DNA from: Eledone cirrhosa
Taxonomy: Eukaryota
Direction of reading: 5' to 3'
Length of the DNA stretch: 64,000 nt
Assembly: GCA_964016885.1 (NCBI GenBank)
Contig: OZ024757.1
Coordinates: 16,306,001 to 16,370,000, forward strand
Each line of letters begins with the position of its first letter. Within the stretch, counting starts at the first letter, position 1. Positions 28,728-41,345 of this stretch are shown here, piece by piece. The position numbers and the translations under genes are program-made. The notes below the pieces were generated by a model, which had not been told where the DNA came from, made no database searches, and worked only from the letters and a program-made list of their open reading frames with translations.

Positions 28728-29442
28728 TTATTATTATTATTATTATTATTTTCTCCTAGCCTTTATAATTAATTAATTAATTGATTAATTGATTATTTAT
28801 TGTTTGTTTGAAAACCTAGTTAAGAGCTTACTTTCGAGACTGTGAATAAATTCCTTTGATCACACTTTTGAATATACTTGCCAAAGCCCAGATGTGAACT
28901 TCCTCTTTTCTTGAGAAAAAACACGTGACCCCGCTGCCAAAGTTACTGCTACAGTCCTTGGCAGTGGAGTTAATAAGCCGCGCTTGGTAGACACCAGAAC
29001 GAACTGCCTGTTGATGGTCGACATTCTGTGTTTCGAGATATATTGACGGGTGAGGGGTGGGCGGGGGGTGGGGGGTTCGATGGCCCCATTCCTACCACGA
29101 GAATGTCGTTGTTTGGAGACAAAATGGCAAAATCAGAAATAACTCAGCTGCCACAAATATCGCAATCTCCTATACTTCTATCAGTCTCCTACCCTGAACT
29201 TTATTCATCAACCCCGAAGAGAATTAAAAGTGAAGTGGAAATCACTGATATTTGATGAAATACCACAGGCCTTTGTATTCAGTGTTCTATCCATTCTGTT
29301 AATTAGCAGACCTTGAAGCAAATATTTTATTAACTAATTAATATTGAGTCAGTAATAATGAGAAAACCTAATTAGTTGAATTAATTGACTTTGGTCAACA
29401 AAAACCAAGGGAGACAATCTCGATATTAAATTAACATTATTG

Positions 29443-29660
29443 TTCAAGAGTCGGCTGAAAATTTCATAGGCTGACTATGAAGGAGTGATGCTAGAGCTGT
29501 GAAATCTTGCGTGCGTTAATTTCATCTTTTCTTATTAATAACGTCAATGCGTCTTTCCAAGGACTATATTGAAAAATAAACCTCATTTGGTCATTCCATG
29601 AGAGTATCTTGGTCAGCCTATGTACTTTTCAGTCTATGAACATTTCTGCCGTCCTTCGTA
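29443..29660. mobile_element. Mariner-like MITE (~215 bp)
   Basis: The left end CAAGAGTCGGCTGAAAATTTCATAGGCTGAC matches the inverted right end GTCTATGAACATTTCTGCCGTCCTTCGTA and the internal GTCAGCCTATGTACTTTTCAG. Confidence 0.55.
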
Positions 29661-30067
29661 GAATGTAATGTAATGGAGAGTGAGGTTGGTGTATGGATGT
29701 ATGTATGTGTACATGCAAATATACATGCAAATGTTAATGTATATGTGTGTGTGTTTACTATATCTCCTTATAATATATAACCAGCAATTTTTCTGTCTGT
29801 CTGTCCGACAGTGGAAACACGTGCGCGCGTGGTTGCTATCTCTCTCTCTCTCTCTCTCTCCAGCTATCCATCTCTTTTAGTCTGTCTGTTTCTCTCACTC
29901 TCGCTCTTTCTCTTTGTAACACACTAAGATTCCGCCCCTCTATCGCTGTGACGAATGGGGAGATGGAGGAGGGGGAGGAGGAGGAGGAGGAGGAGAGAGT
30001 CACTTCGTTACTTCACCTCTGCCTTTCTTTCTCTCCCCTCTCACTCCCTCATAACGTACAGACATTA

Positions 30068-30258
30068 GGGCGGTGGATTGGCAGAATCTGTAGAGAGTCG
30101 GACACCATGCTTCATAGCATGGAGTTACGTCCCTTTGCGGTCTGAGTTCAAATACCGCCGAGGTTAACTTTGCCTTTCATCCTCACGGGGTCGATAAAAT
30201 AAAGTACCAGTAATGTACTGGTGAATTGCTGGCCTTGTGCCAAAAGTAGAAACAATTA
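30068..30258 (+). mobile_element. SINE family 1
   Basis: Matches the consensus. Confidence 0.85.
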
Positions 30259-30378
30259 TTAGAAACATTGCTTCATTTTTACATATCTAAGCATTAGTAA
30301 AATAACTAATAATTTCAAAAGTAATTTTTCAATTCCAATTGTTATGAACAGCAAAACATTAATAATAATTTTGTTCTA

Positions 30379-30670
30379 AGAAATATATATACATTTCTGT
30401 GTGTGTAATATATATATACACACACAGAAATATATATACATTTCTGTGTGTGTAATATATATATATACACACAGAAATATATATACATTTCTGTGTGTGT
30501 AATATATATATATATACACACACAGAAATATATATATATACACATAGAAATATATATACATTTCTGTGTGTGAAATATATATATACACACAGAAATATAT
30601 ATGCATTTCTGTGTTTGTAATATGTATATATATATACACACACAGAAATATATATACATTTCTGTGTGTG

Positions 30671-30709
<39 letters not shown>

Positions 30710-30718
30710 GAAATATAT
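30379..30718. repeat. Self-complementary ~48 bp minisatellite
   Basis: The unit CACACAGAAATATATATACATTTCTGTGTGTG(TA)n occurs about 6 times, and each unit is a hairpin. Confidence 0.88.
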
Positions 30719-31579
30719 GGGCATTTCTCTGTTTGTCTGTCTGTCTGTCTGTCCTTCCCTAAAACTCAAATGTAGGTGCTACAGAAATATTACCTTCCCC
30801 TTCCTTTCTCCACTTTGGTACTACCAAGAGAAACACTGTCGCTATAGAAACATTACCTTCCCTCTCCACTAACTTTGTCACTGAGGCCGAGGGAATCGCT
30901 GGTTGCTATAGAGACACCTTGCACAAGCCAGAAGTAACCAGTTCGAGACGGTTCTGACTTGACACCATGCCAAGGACCATTTGAAGATATATTTCCATCG
31001 TTATATCATAACGTTTATGTATCATAACGTTTATATTTCCGTCACTAATTTCTTTTTCTCCTTTTTCGTTTTAACATATATTTATTTCAAAGATTTCACC
31101 GTATAGATAACATATATATTTATACATGCATAAAAGACACACCGAGAGACGGTGAACATGTGGTGCCGAAAATATTTCTCATCCAAATCTCAACAATATC
31201 AGTATATACACTAGATTTGCTAGCAGAAAACCGCCCACCGGGTGGTTTTCTGCTAGTCTATGGTATATATTATGTATATGTGTGTATGATATCGCTATTA
31301 CATTATAGAATGTTTGTGGTTTATAACCCTGTCGTATATATTAACTATATGTGTGTATATGTTTAATATCACTATCCTATACATGCGTATCATATCTCAA
31401 TTATATATATATACCTGTGCGTGTGTATATTAAATATTTACCATATTTAATATATCTATCCTCTACATGAGTATGAAACCACTGGTAAATGAAATAATTA
31501 TCTTATGTTGTTTATTACATAACTCTCTATATATATAATGTGTGTTTAATATATCTATCCTATACATGTATGATATCAC

Positions 31580-31645
<66 letters not shown>

Positions 31646-31803
31646 GATAACAAGTTATCGTTATAGGTAATCCAGTTAGAGGTTGTGAGTACTCTGTGTC
31701 GTGGATAGTTTTAACGTACGGATTTGTTTGACTCAACAAGATGTTTCCATAGTTAGGCAGCGAGTTCGCGGTAATTCCTATGTAGGTTATACTTGGAGTA
31801 ATA

Positions 31804-32283
31804 ATAGTGAAAGAACGAAGAGTAACATGGTTGGCTGTACAACAAGGGGCTTTATTTCAGGTATTAACAATTGTTTCATTGATCAGGTGAGTCTAGAGGT
31901 CGCTAATCGCGCGAAGTTGCGTCACTCGATCTCCATTACATTATTTACCTTTGGCAGTGTCGGTAGAGTGTCGGATATGCTGTCCAGCGAAGTTACGTAC
32001 CTTTACGGTCTGAGTTCAAATCCCGCCGAGGTTAGCTTTGCTTTTCATCCTTACGGGGTCGATAAAATAAAGTGCAAGTAATGCACTGGGTATTTGCTGG
32101 CCTTGTGCCTAAAGTAGAAACAATTATTTACCTCTGCTCAAATCCTCAGAATACCAATCGAGTGACGCAACTTCGCGCGATTAGCGAGCTCTAGACTCAC
32201 CTGATCAATGAAACAATTGTTAATACCTGAAATAAAGCCCCTTGTTGTACAGCCAACCATGTTACTCTTCATTCTTTCACTAT
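31804..32283. mobile_element. Fold-back mini-element family H (~125 bp arms) with a SINE in the loop and a minimal hammerhead-like motif
   Basis: 31804-31930 is inverted at 32157-32283. The SINE at 31951-32124 has the TSD ATTATTTACCT. The motif CUGAUCA-AU-GAAA-CAAUUG-UU starts at 32201. Another copy lies at 63900-64000. Confidence 0.75.
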
Positions 32284-32642
32284 ATATATATATAGTTTGT
32301 GTGTGGTATATCTACTATATATATATATATAGTTTGTGTGTGGTATATCTACTATATATTATGTGTGTATATCTCTATCCTATATATTATATGTGTGTGT
32401 GTGAGATATCCAATATTCTATATATCATGTATATGTGTATCTGATACTTATCATATGTATGTATGTGTGTGAGTGTGTGTGCGTGTGGTTAATAGCTCTA
32501 TCCAATATATTACGCGTGTATAAGATATCTGTTATCCTATATATTATGTATATGTGTACAATATATATATACTGTGTTTAATATCTATGCTATATAAGTT
32601 CTGTTTGTTTAATATCTATACTACATATACGTTGTATGTGTT

Positions 32643-32877
<235 letters not shown>

Positions 32878-33500
32878 TACATATAGAAATTATAGAAATT
32901 ACATGAATCAAAGTTCTGTTCAAACCATTTATTAGCTTACAATTGTTTCTTCCAAACCGAGGTTTGGAGTCTTCGGAGCAATTTTTCAATGATTGTTTAC
33001 ATACATGACCTCCTTTCCAACACAAGAGACATACAGAGACATATGTATATATCGATGCACAGTGGAGTGACATCCATTATAATATTTTAGCATGGCAATT
33101 TACATTCAAAAATTAAAATCATATAAAAAGAAAACAAAATTAAAGTTAAAATACAACATCGGCAGTTTACGAAGATAATGCAAGAGCATAGTTTGAAGTA
33201 GTTAGTGTATGCAATAGTTACACGTGGGGCATGCACGTGTGTCTTATTTATATAAGATTATAGTGCGGCAAGGTGTTATATGCAATACAAGCACTTTAAG
33301 CGGGCAATCATATATACATATATATATACACACATACACATGTAGTGTGTGATATTAATCTATATATTACGTATATATGTGTATGATATCTGGATTTGTG
33401 TTTAATATCGCTATTCTCTAATGTATTCGTGTGCATTGCTCTGTCCCATATGTAATGCTTACGTGCATATATATATATATATATACGCTTATATAATGCT

Positions 33501-33577
<77 letters not shown>

Positions 33578-33581
<4 letters not shown>

Positions 33582-33720
33582 TAAATCATGTATATAGAAT
33601 CAATCAGATATTAAGATATATACAAAATCAATTTTGTATATGGTTAATTATGCTGATTAGAAGAAGAAATAGTATATATTTTAATATCTGATTGATTCCA
33701 TAGACATGATTTATGATATA
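33578..33720. repeat. (TA)n-adjacent fold-back of ~45 bp arms
   Basis: Left arm ATCATAAATCATGTATATAGAATCAATCAGATATTAAGATATATAC; right arm GTATATATTTTAATATCTGATTGATTCCATAGACATGATTTATGAT. Confidence 0.7.
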
Positions 33721-33824
33721 ATGCTCTGATTTTTTTATTTTAATTTATTAATTCTTCATTGAGCTTAAAAGTGAACAGTTGCAACATATATATATCTTTA
33801 ATTTAATTTTATGTATGTGATAAC

Positions 33825-33900
<76 letters not shown>

Positions 33901-33903
<3 letters not shown>

Positions 33904-34443
33904 GTAAGAATATTTTCGAAACAGCGAGTGGGTTTGAAATTATTAGAAATGTAAGCTATCGCCATATTTTAACTAAAGAAATTAAAGAAATTATTTAGCC
34001 TGATAGTGGGGTTAAGAACCCTCGGAGAAAATGGAAAAAGATGAGTATTGACTCATGTACGTCAATACTCATCTTTTTCCATTTTCTCCGAGGCTTCTTA
34101 ACCCCACTATCAGGCTAAATAATTTCTTTAATTTCTTTAGTTAAAATACGGCGATAGCTTACATTTCTAATAATTTCCAACCCACTCGCTGTTTCGAAAA
34201 TATTCTTACTTGACATTACAGTCGCTAAGTTTATAGCTTCAAATTTGAATGGAAAAAGGCGGGTGATGTGTTGGTGTAAATGGTAGCACAGTGGTCCGGA
34301 TAACCAAAGATGTGGGTTCGATTCCCATCTACGTCAATACTCATTTTTTCCATTTTCTCCGAGGGTTCTTAACCCCACTATCAGGCTAAATAATTTCTTT
34401 AATTTCTTTAGTTAAAATACGGCGATAGCTTACATTTCTAATA
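33901..34443. mobile_element. (TA)n-flanked inverted plus partial-tandem element (unit ~271 bp) containing a tRNA-like gene
   Basis: 33902-34050 is inverted relative to 34061-34211, and 34058-34172 is directly repeated at 34329-34443. Confidence 0.8.
34265..34336 (+). tRNA. tRNA-like cloverleaf (probable pseudo-tRNA, GGA at the anticodon position) followed by T6
   Basis: D arm GTGT-AAATGGTA-GCAC, anticodon arm GTGGT-CCGGATA-ACCAA, T arm GTGGG-TTCGATT-CCCAT, imperfect acceptor GATGTGT/CTACGTC-A, and TTTTTT at 34344-34349. Confidence 0.55.
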
Positions 34444-34532
34444 ATATATATATATACATATATATATAAATACGTTTATGTATTTGTTCTACAAGATTCT
34501 TGATGTGAATATATACATTTATATATAATATA

Positions 34533-34564
34533 CTAGACCACCCGTGACCCGTTAGGTCACGTTC
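34533..34564 (-). mobile_element. Helitron-like 3' terminus
   Basis: The minus strand has a GTGACC-TAACG-GGTCAC hairpin followed by GGGTGGTCTAG|T. A similar hairpin plus CTAG|T lies at 31217-31257 (+). Confidence 0.4.
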
Positions 34565-34754
34565 ACTTCAAAATATTTGGTTTAAATCATGTTCACTTAA
34601 AGATAATTTTTAAATAATTAAAATATACACAGACATGTATATGATGTGAAATAAAATTGGAAGGCCCATATATATACGTGTGTGTATGTATATATATAAA
34701 TGTGTGTGTATATATAAATGTATATATATAAATGTCTGTGTATATATATATATA

Positions 34755-34822
<68 letters not shown>

Positions 34823-34968
34823 GTGTGTGTGTGCGTGTATGTACGTATGTATATACACATGTGTATATATATATACATATATATATATATATGTATATAT
34901 ATATACACATGTGTATATACATACGTACATACACACACACACATATATACATATATATATATATATAT

Positions 34969-37360
34969 ACTGATCAAAGACCAACTCCCTATGTCAACCA
35001 AGAACATACCTATACCACCCAAAAATACATATGAAAAGATATTGATCAACAGTGTAAACTCCTTTATCAATAGAGTGAGATGGAGGACATTCCATTATGA
35101 TAAAAACAAATCTAGCAAGGTTAATAATACTAACAAATTTGACTCCTTCGGCTTTAAAACCTTTAGAAGCCCCCCTCATAACACACTACTAACCCCCTTC
35201 GAAAATGACCTAATAAAACTAGTTAAGAATATTAAATACAAAAAACACCGTAATAAAAACAACACCTTCTTAAACAAACTTAGCACCTCTATTAATGATT
35301 TCAAAACTAGTAGTAAAATTTGTGTACATGCGGACAAAGCTAATAACATATACAGCCTAGATTATAATACATATAGAAAGTTTATATATAATGAACTACA
35401 TAAAAGCTACAAGAAAACCACTATGAAAAACTTAGAAGATATTAATATGGAAGGATATAATATAGTATCCAAACTAGGGCTCCAGAGACATACACAACCA
35501 TATACCCCAAACCCCCCTAGATTCTCTCTGAAGGACCATAAGGAGGACTTCATTAGCAACCCCTCGATTAGACTCATCTGCCCCTCCAAGTCTGACATTG
35601 GCATTATCAGTAAAACAATTCTAGATAAAATCATCCTACAGATTAAACACAAGATTTACCTTAAACAATGGGGAAATACGGGTGAAGTGATTGAATGGTT
35701 CAAAGATATCAAAGATAAGGATAAAAAATTTATTCAATTTGATATCAATTCTTACTACACCCCTATCCTATTAAATAAGGCACTTATAATGGCCATGGAC
35801 AATAGTGACCTGACTAGACCCCAGATTGATGTCATACTTGCGGCCCGTAAAACACTAATCACCTTTGAAGACCAATTATGGACCCGCAAAGATACACAAA
35901 ACAACTTCGACATTACCATGGGGTCTAGTGACTCGGCGCAGGTCACTGATTTAGTCGGCCTATATTTACTTAACCAAATCCATAAGGACCTTCCTTACCT
36001 CAACGGTGGTTTGTACCGCGACGATGCACTTCTACTTATAGATTATAAAAAATTCAATATAGAAAGAACTAGAAAACTATTGCACAAAACATTCAAAAAC
36101 TATTATAACCTTAGTATTACCATGGACAAAAACACTAAAAACGTCAACTTCCTAGACGCCACACTCTACCTAGTCTCAATGATATTTGCACCTTTCCACA
36201 AACCTAATGAAAAACTCATTTACGTAGATACCAAGTCTGACCACCCTAGATCTATATTAAACTCTATCTCTAAGGGAGTATCTAATAGAATCTCTAATCT
36301 ATCCTATGACGTAAACATATTTAACAATAACTCGCAATATTATAATTAGGCATTAGCTAGATCAGGCCATAATATAGAGATCGAGTTCCTACCTACAAAA
36401 ACGCATAGCTACAACATTATTTCGCACAACATGTCCATGAGAAAATTTAATAATAAGAATAGCAACCACACACACACTAATAGAGATGATAACAACAAAA
36501 GTAACCCACACCACAGAAATTACCATAGTAACATAAAAGGAAACAAATCACCAGACATAAAAAACAGAAATAGAAGAAGAAATAATACATTTTTCAACCC
36601 TCCTTTCAATCTAAACGTCTCTACCAACCTACCTAGGGCTTTCTTCTCACTACTAGACAAAAACTTCCCATCCGGCCACAAGTACCATAGCCTTTTAAAC
36701 AAAAACACTATTAAAATCTCATACTCTACTACGCCTAACTTAGCATACCACATAGCTAGTAGCAATAAAAGAAAAATTAATTCTTACTTCCAACAAACTA
36801 AATCACAACAGACGATAAACCTTCAAAATAACATTCAAAATAACATTATAGCAACTAACCCTAATATCAATAGAAATAATAGTAATAGTACTAGTGTAAA
36901 CAATAACGCTGGGAACGACAACCCACATAACCATAACCCTATAGCTAACATCCAGACTTCTACACAACATATTAACCGGCAGACTAACACCCAGAATAAT
37001 TGTAACTGTAGATCAAATAGAACCTGCCCTTTAGATAAAAAATGCTTAACCAACTGCTTCAAAACTAGATACAATTCGCACCTCCACTCTTTCAAAAAAC
37101 AGTCTAGCCAACTCCACTTCACTATCTAGCTTCATACACTATCTAAAAACTAAAAATAAACTATATACACTTAAATGGGAGGTGGTAGGTAATGCAACAT
37201 CGTACAAACCACCTAATAAATTTTGTAACCTCTGTCTACTAGAGACCCATACTATCATCTTCTCTAACCATAATCTCCTTAATAAAAAATCAGAAGTGTT
37301 CACATCTTGCCAACACCGCTTCCGACACTCTTTCCAAAACTTTAAACCCTATATATAACA
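34969..37360 (+). mobile_element. Penelope-like element (Naiad-type), decayed
   Basis: Motifs [70 protein letters not shown]-x4-CPL-x3-C, FKTRYNSH and C-terminal CNLCLLE..LLNKKSE..CQHR. It begins at a (TA)n tract. Confidence 0.88.
34991..36349 (+). pseudogene. Penelope-type reverse transcriptase, open to a premature TAG
   Basis: YRDD catalytic motif. The frame continues after the TAG (ALARSGH), so the stop looks like a nonsense mutation. Confidence 0.82.
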
Positions 37361-37615
37361 ATGTCAGACTTGAACCCGTCACCACCTCTAGCAATTAGCA
37401 TCAGTGGCACACCTTACACCTCATCTCCACACCCATTTATATACTCTAAAGCTAATAGTGGCAACCTTATAGTACCATCTACCCTGGAGATACCCCCATG
37501 TACTTCTAATTCTGATATGTTGGCCTTGGATTGCTTGGACTGCGTTGCACAAATATATGATTAATATAAACTGTAGACACTGTAGACACATATGATTAAT
37601 ATAAACTGCAGACAC

Positions 37616-37676
<61 letters not shown>

Positions 37677-37781
37677 CAACAACACCTCCATCACTCTTCT
37701 ATTCTCCTTCTCTGACTCCTCTCCTTCTCTCTGTGTCTCTCTTTCCACTATCACTTTCACTCTATCCTTCTTTCTCTCTAT

Positions 37782-37861
<80 letters not shown>

Positions 37862-38125
37862 GTTTATGAAGGTACCTGGAAAAACCCCATATCTCGGGAA
37901 CCCGTGCTTCGATTTACGCGATATTTGTTTTATTCCATTTGTATTTCCATTTCAGAGGCAACTTCCTTTCAAAGTATTTTCCCATTATGCGCCCTTTTGA
38001 CTGTATTACATTACAGACAAGCAAGCAAACAAGCAATCACGGACTTTTAGTAATATATAGATAGATAGATGAAATAGATTAATAGATAGATATACACATA
38101 CACACGTACACACATATAAATACAC

Positions 38126-38190
<65 letters not shown>

Positions 38191-38747
38191 CTTATATGAT
38201 ATGATATAGTTTATACTATGTATACGTGCTTAGTATGATATATCTACTGTATATTATGTGTGTATACTATATATTATGAGTGTATATTATATGTGTCTGT
38301 GTGTGTGAGAGAGAGAGTGTGTGCGTATCTGTGTGTATAGTGTTTGCCTGTATATGTATATATATGTGCCCATGTCTTTATGTGAGTGAGTGAGTATCAG
38401 TGTGATATGTGATATCTCATATTCTATGTTTATTCCACATCGCGCTGTACCAATCCCACAATTCCAATTGATTGTATTTGGAAATCATTAAGTGAAGCCT
38501 CTAACCACGAAGATGGCGATGATAAGCCACTTTTATGCGCGAGTTACCAATCGGTAATTTATCAATAGCTGATACGTCTATCAATCCACAAATACCTTCT
38601 ATCGATCACTGATTAGCTGCTGCCCTATCGATACAAACGACTCGACATTCAATACTGATTATTGGTTTATTAATGCCACTGGATGGAATTTCTATTGGAA
38701 GATATCCGCTTGGAGAAAATGTCATAATCTACAGATCTCAGCCCTCA

Positions 38748-38816
<69 letters not shown>

Positions 38817-38817
38817 G

Positions 38818-38854
<37 letters not shown>

Positions 38855-38979
38855 ACAATAAAGCGATTCTCTTCGACTACTTCGTAAACCAATACACACA
38901 CACACACACACGCATGTATATATATATATATATACATATATATGTAAGGTCCATCTGGTTCCTTACCACATTTCCTTCG

Positions 38980-39038
<59 letters not shown>

Positions 39039-39084
39039 TAAAATGTGGAGAAGGAGCACACGAGTAGGAATATATATATATATA

Positions 39085-39690
39085 TATGAAAAAAGGGAGA
39101 AAAGGACGATTATTATGAAGAAAAATATTTGTTTTCCTTTTATTTTTTTCTCTTTTTTCTGGGTTAAAAAATGTTTAAAACAAAATATTTTACTTTGTGT
39201 GAAGTGTTAAGGTATTAGTTGATTTATTTATTAATTAACAATGGTATTCATTTATTTATTTATCCATTTAATAATTGTCTATTACCGGTTTCAGCATTTT
39301 ATGCATTATCAAAGCGGCTGATTTGTATTGATGTGATGTTGAACATGTTAAGGAAATGGGGAAGAAAGAATAATATTATTTACAAACAAGGTTTTTGAAG
39401 TGAAACGAAAAAGAAAGAAAAGAAAGGGGGAGTGATGTGGAACATGTTCAACATCACATCAATACAAATTCCCCCTTTGATAATGCATAAAATGCTGAAA
39501 CCGGTAATAGACAATTATTAAATATATAAATAAATAAATAAATAAATACCACTGTTAATTAATAAATAAATCAACTAATACCTTAACACTTCACACAAAG
39601 TAAAATATTTTGTTTTAAACATTTTCTAACCCAGAAAAAAGAGAAAGGTTTTCTTCCATATAATCGTGTTTTTCTCCCTTTTTTCATATA
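39085..39690. mobile_element. Fold-back mini-element family D (~250 bp arms) with degenerate hammerhead, in (TA)n
   Basis: 39085-39348 is inverted at about 39443-39688. The motif UUGAUAA UGCAUAAAAUGCU GAAA CCGG UA lies at about 39477-39506. Confidence 0.7.
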
Positions 39691-39728
39691 TATATATATA
39701 TATATACATATATATATACATATATATA

Positions 39729-39845
<117 letters not shown>

Positions 39846-39920
39846 GAGAGAGAGAGAGAGAAATAAAGGAGTGTATATAAGTATACATAAATATATGTAT
39901 TTACATTTATATATATATAT

Positions 39921-39986
<66 letters not shown>

Positions 39987-40668
39987 AGTGAGAGAGAGAT
40001 GTGTGTATAGTTATTTTCCTCGGTCGGTTTCACCGATGAGTGCACCAGTTATTCTATCTATAAAACCTTAAAAGGAATGGGTTTACCTGAATTTATAGTA
40101 AATGACACTTGCCCAAGATGTCACTGATTTACTATAGATATCATAAAAGGAGTTACATAATGTTAAACATCATTAACGTAAAATAAATACTCGGTCATCA
40201 GAGGTGCTGATGAAGTATAAACATATTGAAACGTGGATTTAAGATGATAGAAATAAAATCCTAGAACAGTATAAAAGCTAAAGGACCCCATTAGTCACGA
40301 ATAACCATGGGATTTGCACATAGAAAGTTCCCCATCGAGACACACGCCCGGGCAAGGTTGTTTGTGGAAGACTAGCAGTCGCCTACGCATACTAGTCTCC
40401 CCTCTCCAGGCCACCATGTTTTCCAAGGGGATGGCAATGGCCGATAGAGCTTGGCACTAGTGACGTCGCAACTCATTCCTATAGCTGTGTGAACTGGAGC
40501 AACAGGAAATAAAGTGTCTTGCTCAAGAACACAACGCAAAGCCCGGTCCAAGAATAAATATCATATACACATACATAATATATAGTATACAGATAACGTA
40601 TACATACATACATACATACATACATACATACATACATACATACATACATACATACATACATACATACA

Positions 40669-41272
40669 TGGTGGCTGCCAACTCCTTTTTGAGTACAGCC
40701 ACTACTTTATATCCATGTAGGAGAACCCCTACCGATGCGCTGAACAAGTGTGACTTTTTAGTCCAGCCAGCGACTTGAAAACTCTGGTACAAACACTACA
40801 CTTGTGACATTTATTGACACATAGTGCTGGGCCCATGGTACCATGTGATGACAAGTGCAGAGAGATCTCCAGATATAAAGCAATGCCTGTGCCGTGAAGC
40901 TTTTATAGTGAGCAAAGGCACTGCACAAAGCCAGTCCCACTCTCTTAACCAAGATGATATTTACCAAAAAGAAGAATAAGTCAACATCATTGGATACCAT
41001 CAGGGTTGCAGGTGTTATATCAGAGTTTTCCTTCTAGAATTCTGTCTTGACAAAGACTAAGGGTTCATCTCTCCCGGTGATTTTGGATGGCCATTGACTC
41101 TTAAGAGCTCCTTTGCCCTTTGACAGGTTTTGTTTTTAGTCCTGGAGGATGTCTAAAGTCACCCTCCTCACCAAGAAACCTTGGTGGGGTTGCCAGTTTA
41201 GTCGCCAACGACCCGACCATGAGACAGATTTACTGGGATACATGTTACCAGTAGCACCAGCTGGTGACCTGA
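40669..41272 (-). mobile_element. Full-length bipartite RTE-derived element
   Basis: Same ends as 5148-5753; flanked by (TACA)n. Confidence 0.85.
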
Positions 41273-41314
41273 CATACATACATACATACATACATACATA
41301 CATACATACATACA

Positions 41315-41344
<30 letters not shown>

Positions 41345-41345
<1 letters not shown>

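Noticed and set aside
34718-34990. N-terminal 91 aa of the 543-aa ORF
   Set aside because: It derives largely from the flanking (TA)n/(CA)n repeat. Penelope similarity starts near 34991.
36347-36349. Recoded stop (selenocysteine) in the Penelope ORF
   Set aside because: The codon is TAG, not TGA, and the element has other lesions.
40205-40245. CUGAUGA-AGUAUAAACAUAUU-GAAAC motif (similar at about 17755)
   Set aside because: The core and stem II are plausible, but stems III and I could not be paired. At most it is a decayed remnant.
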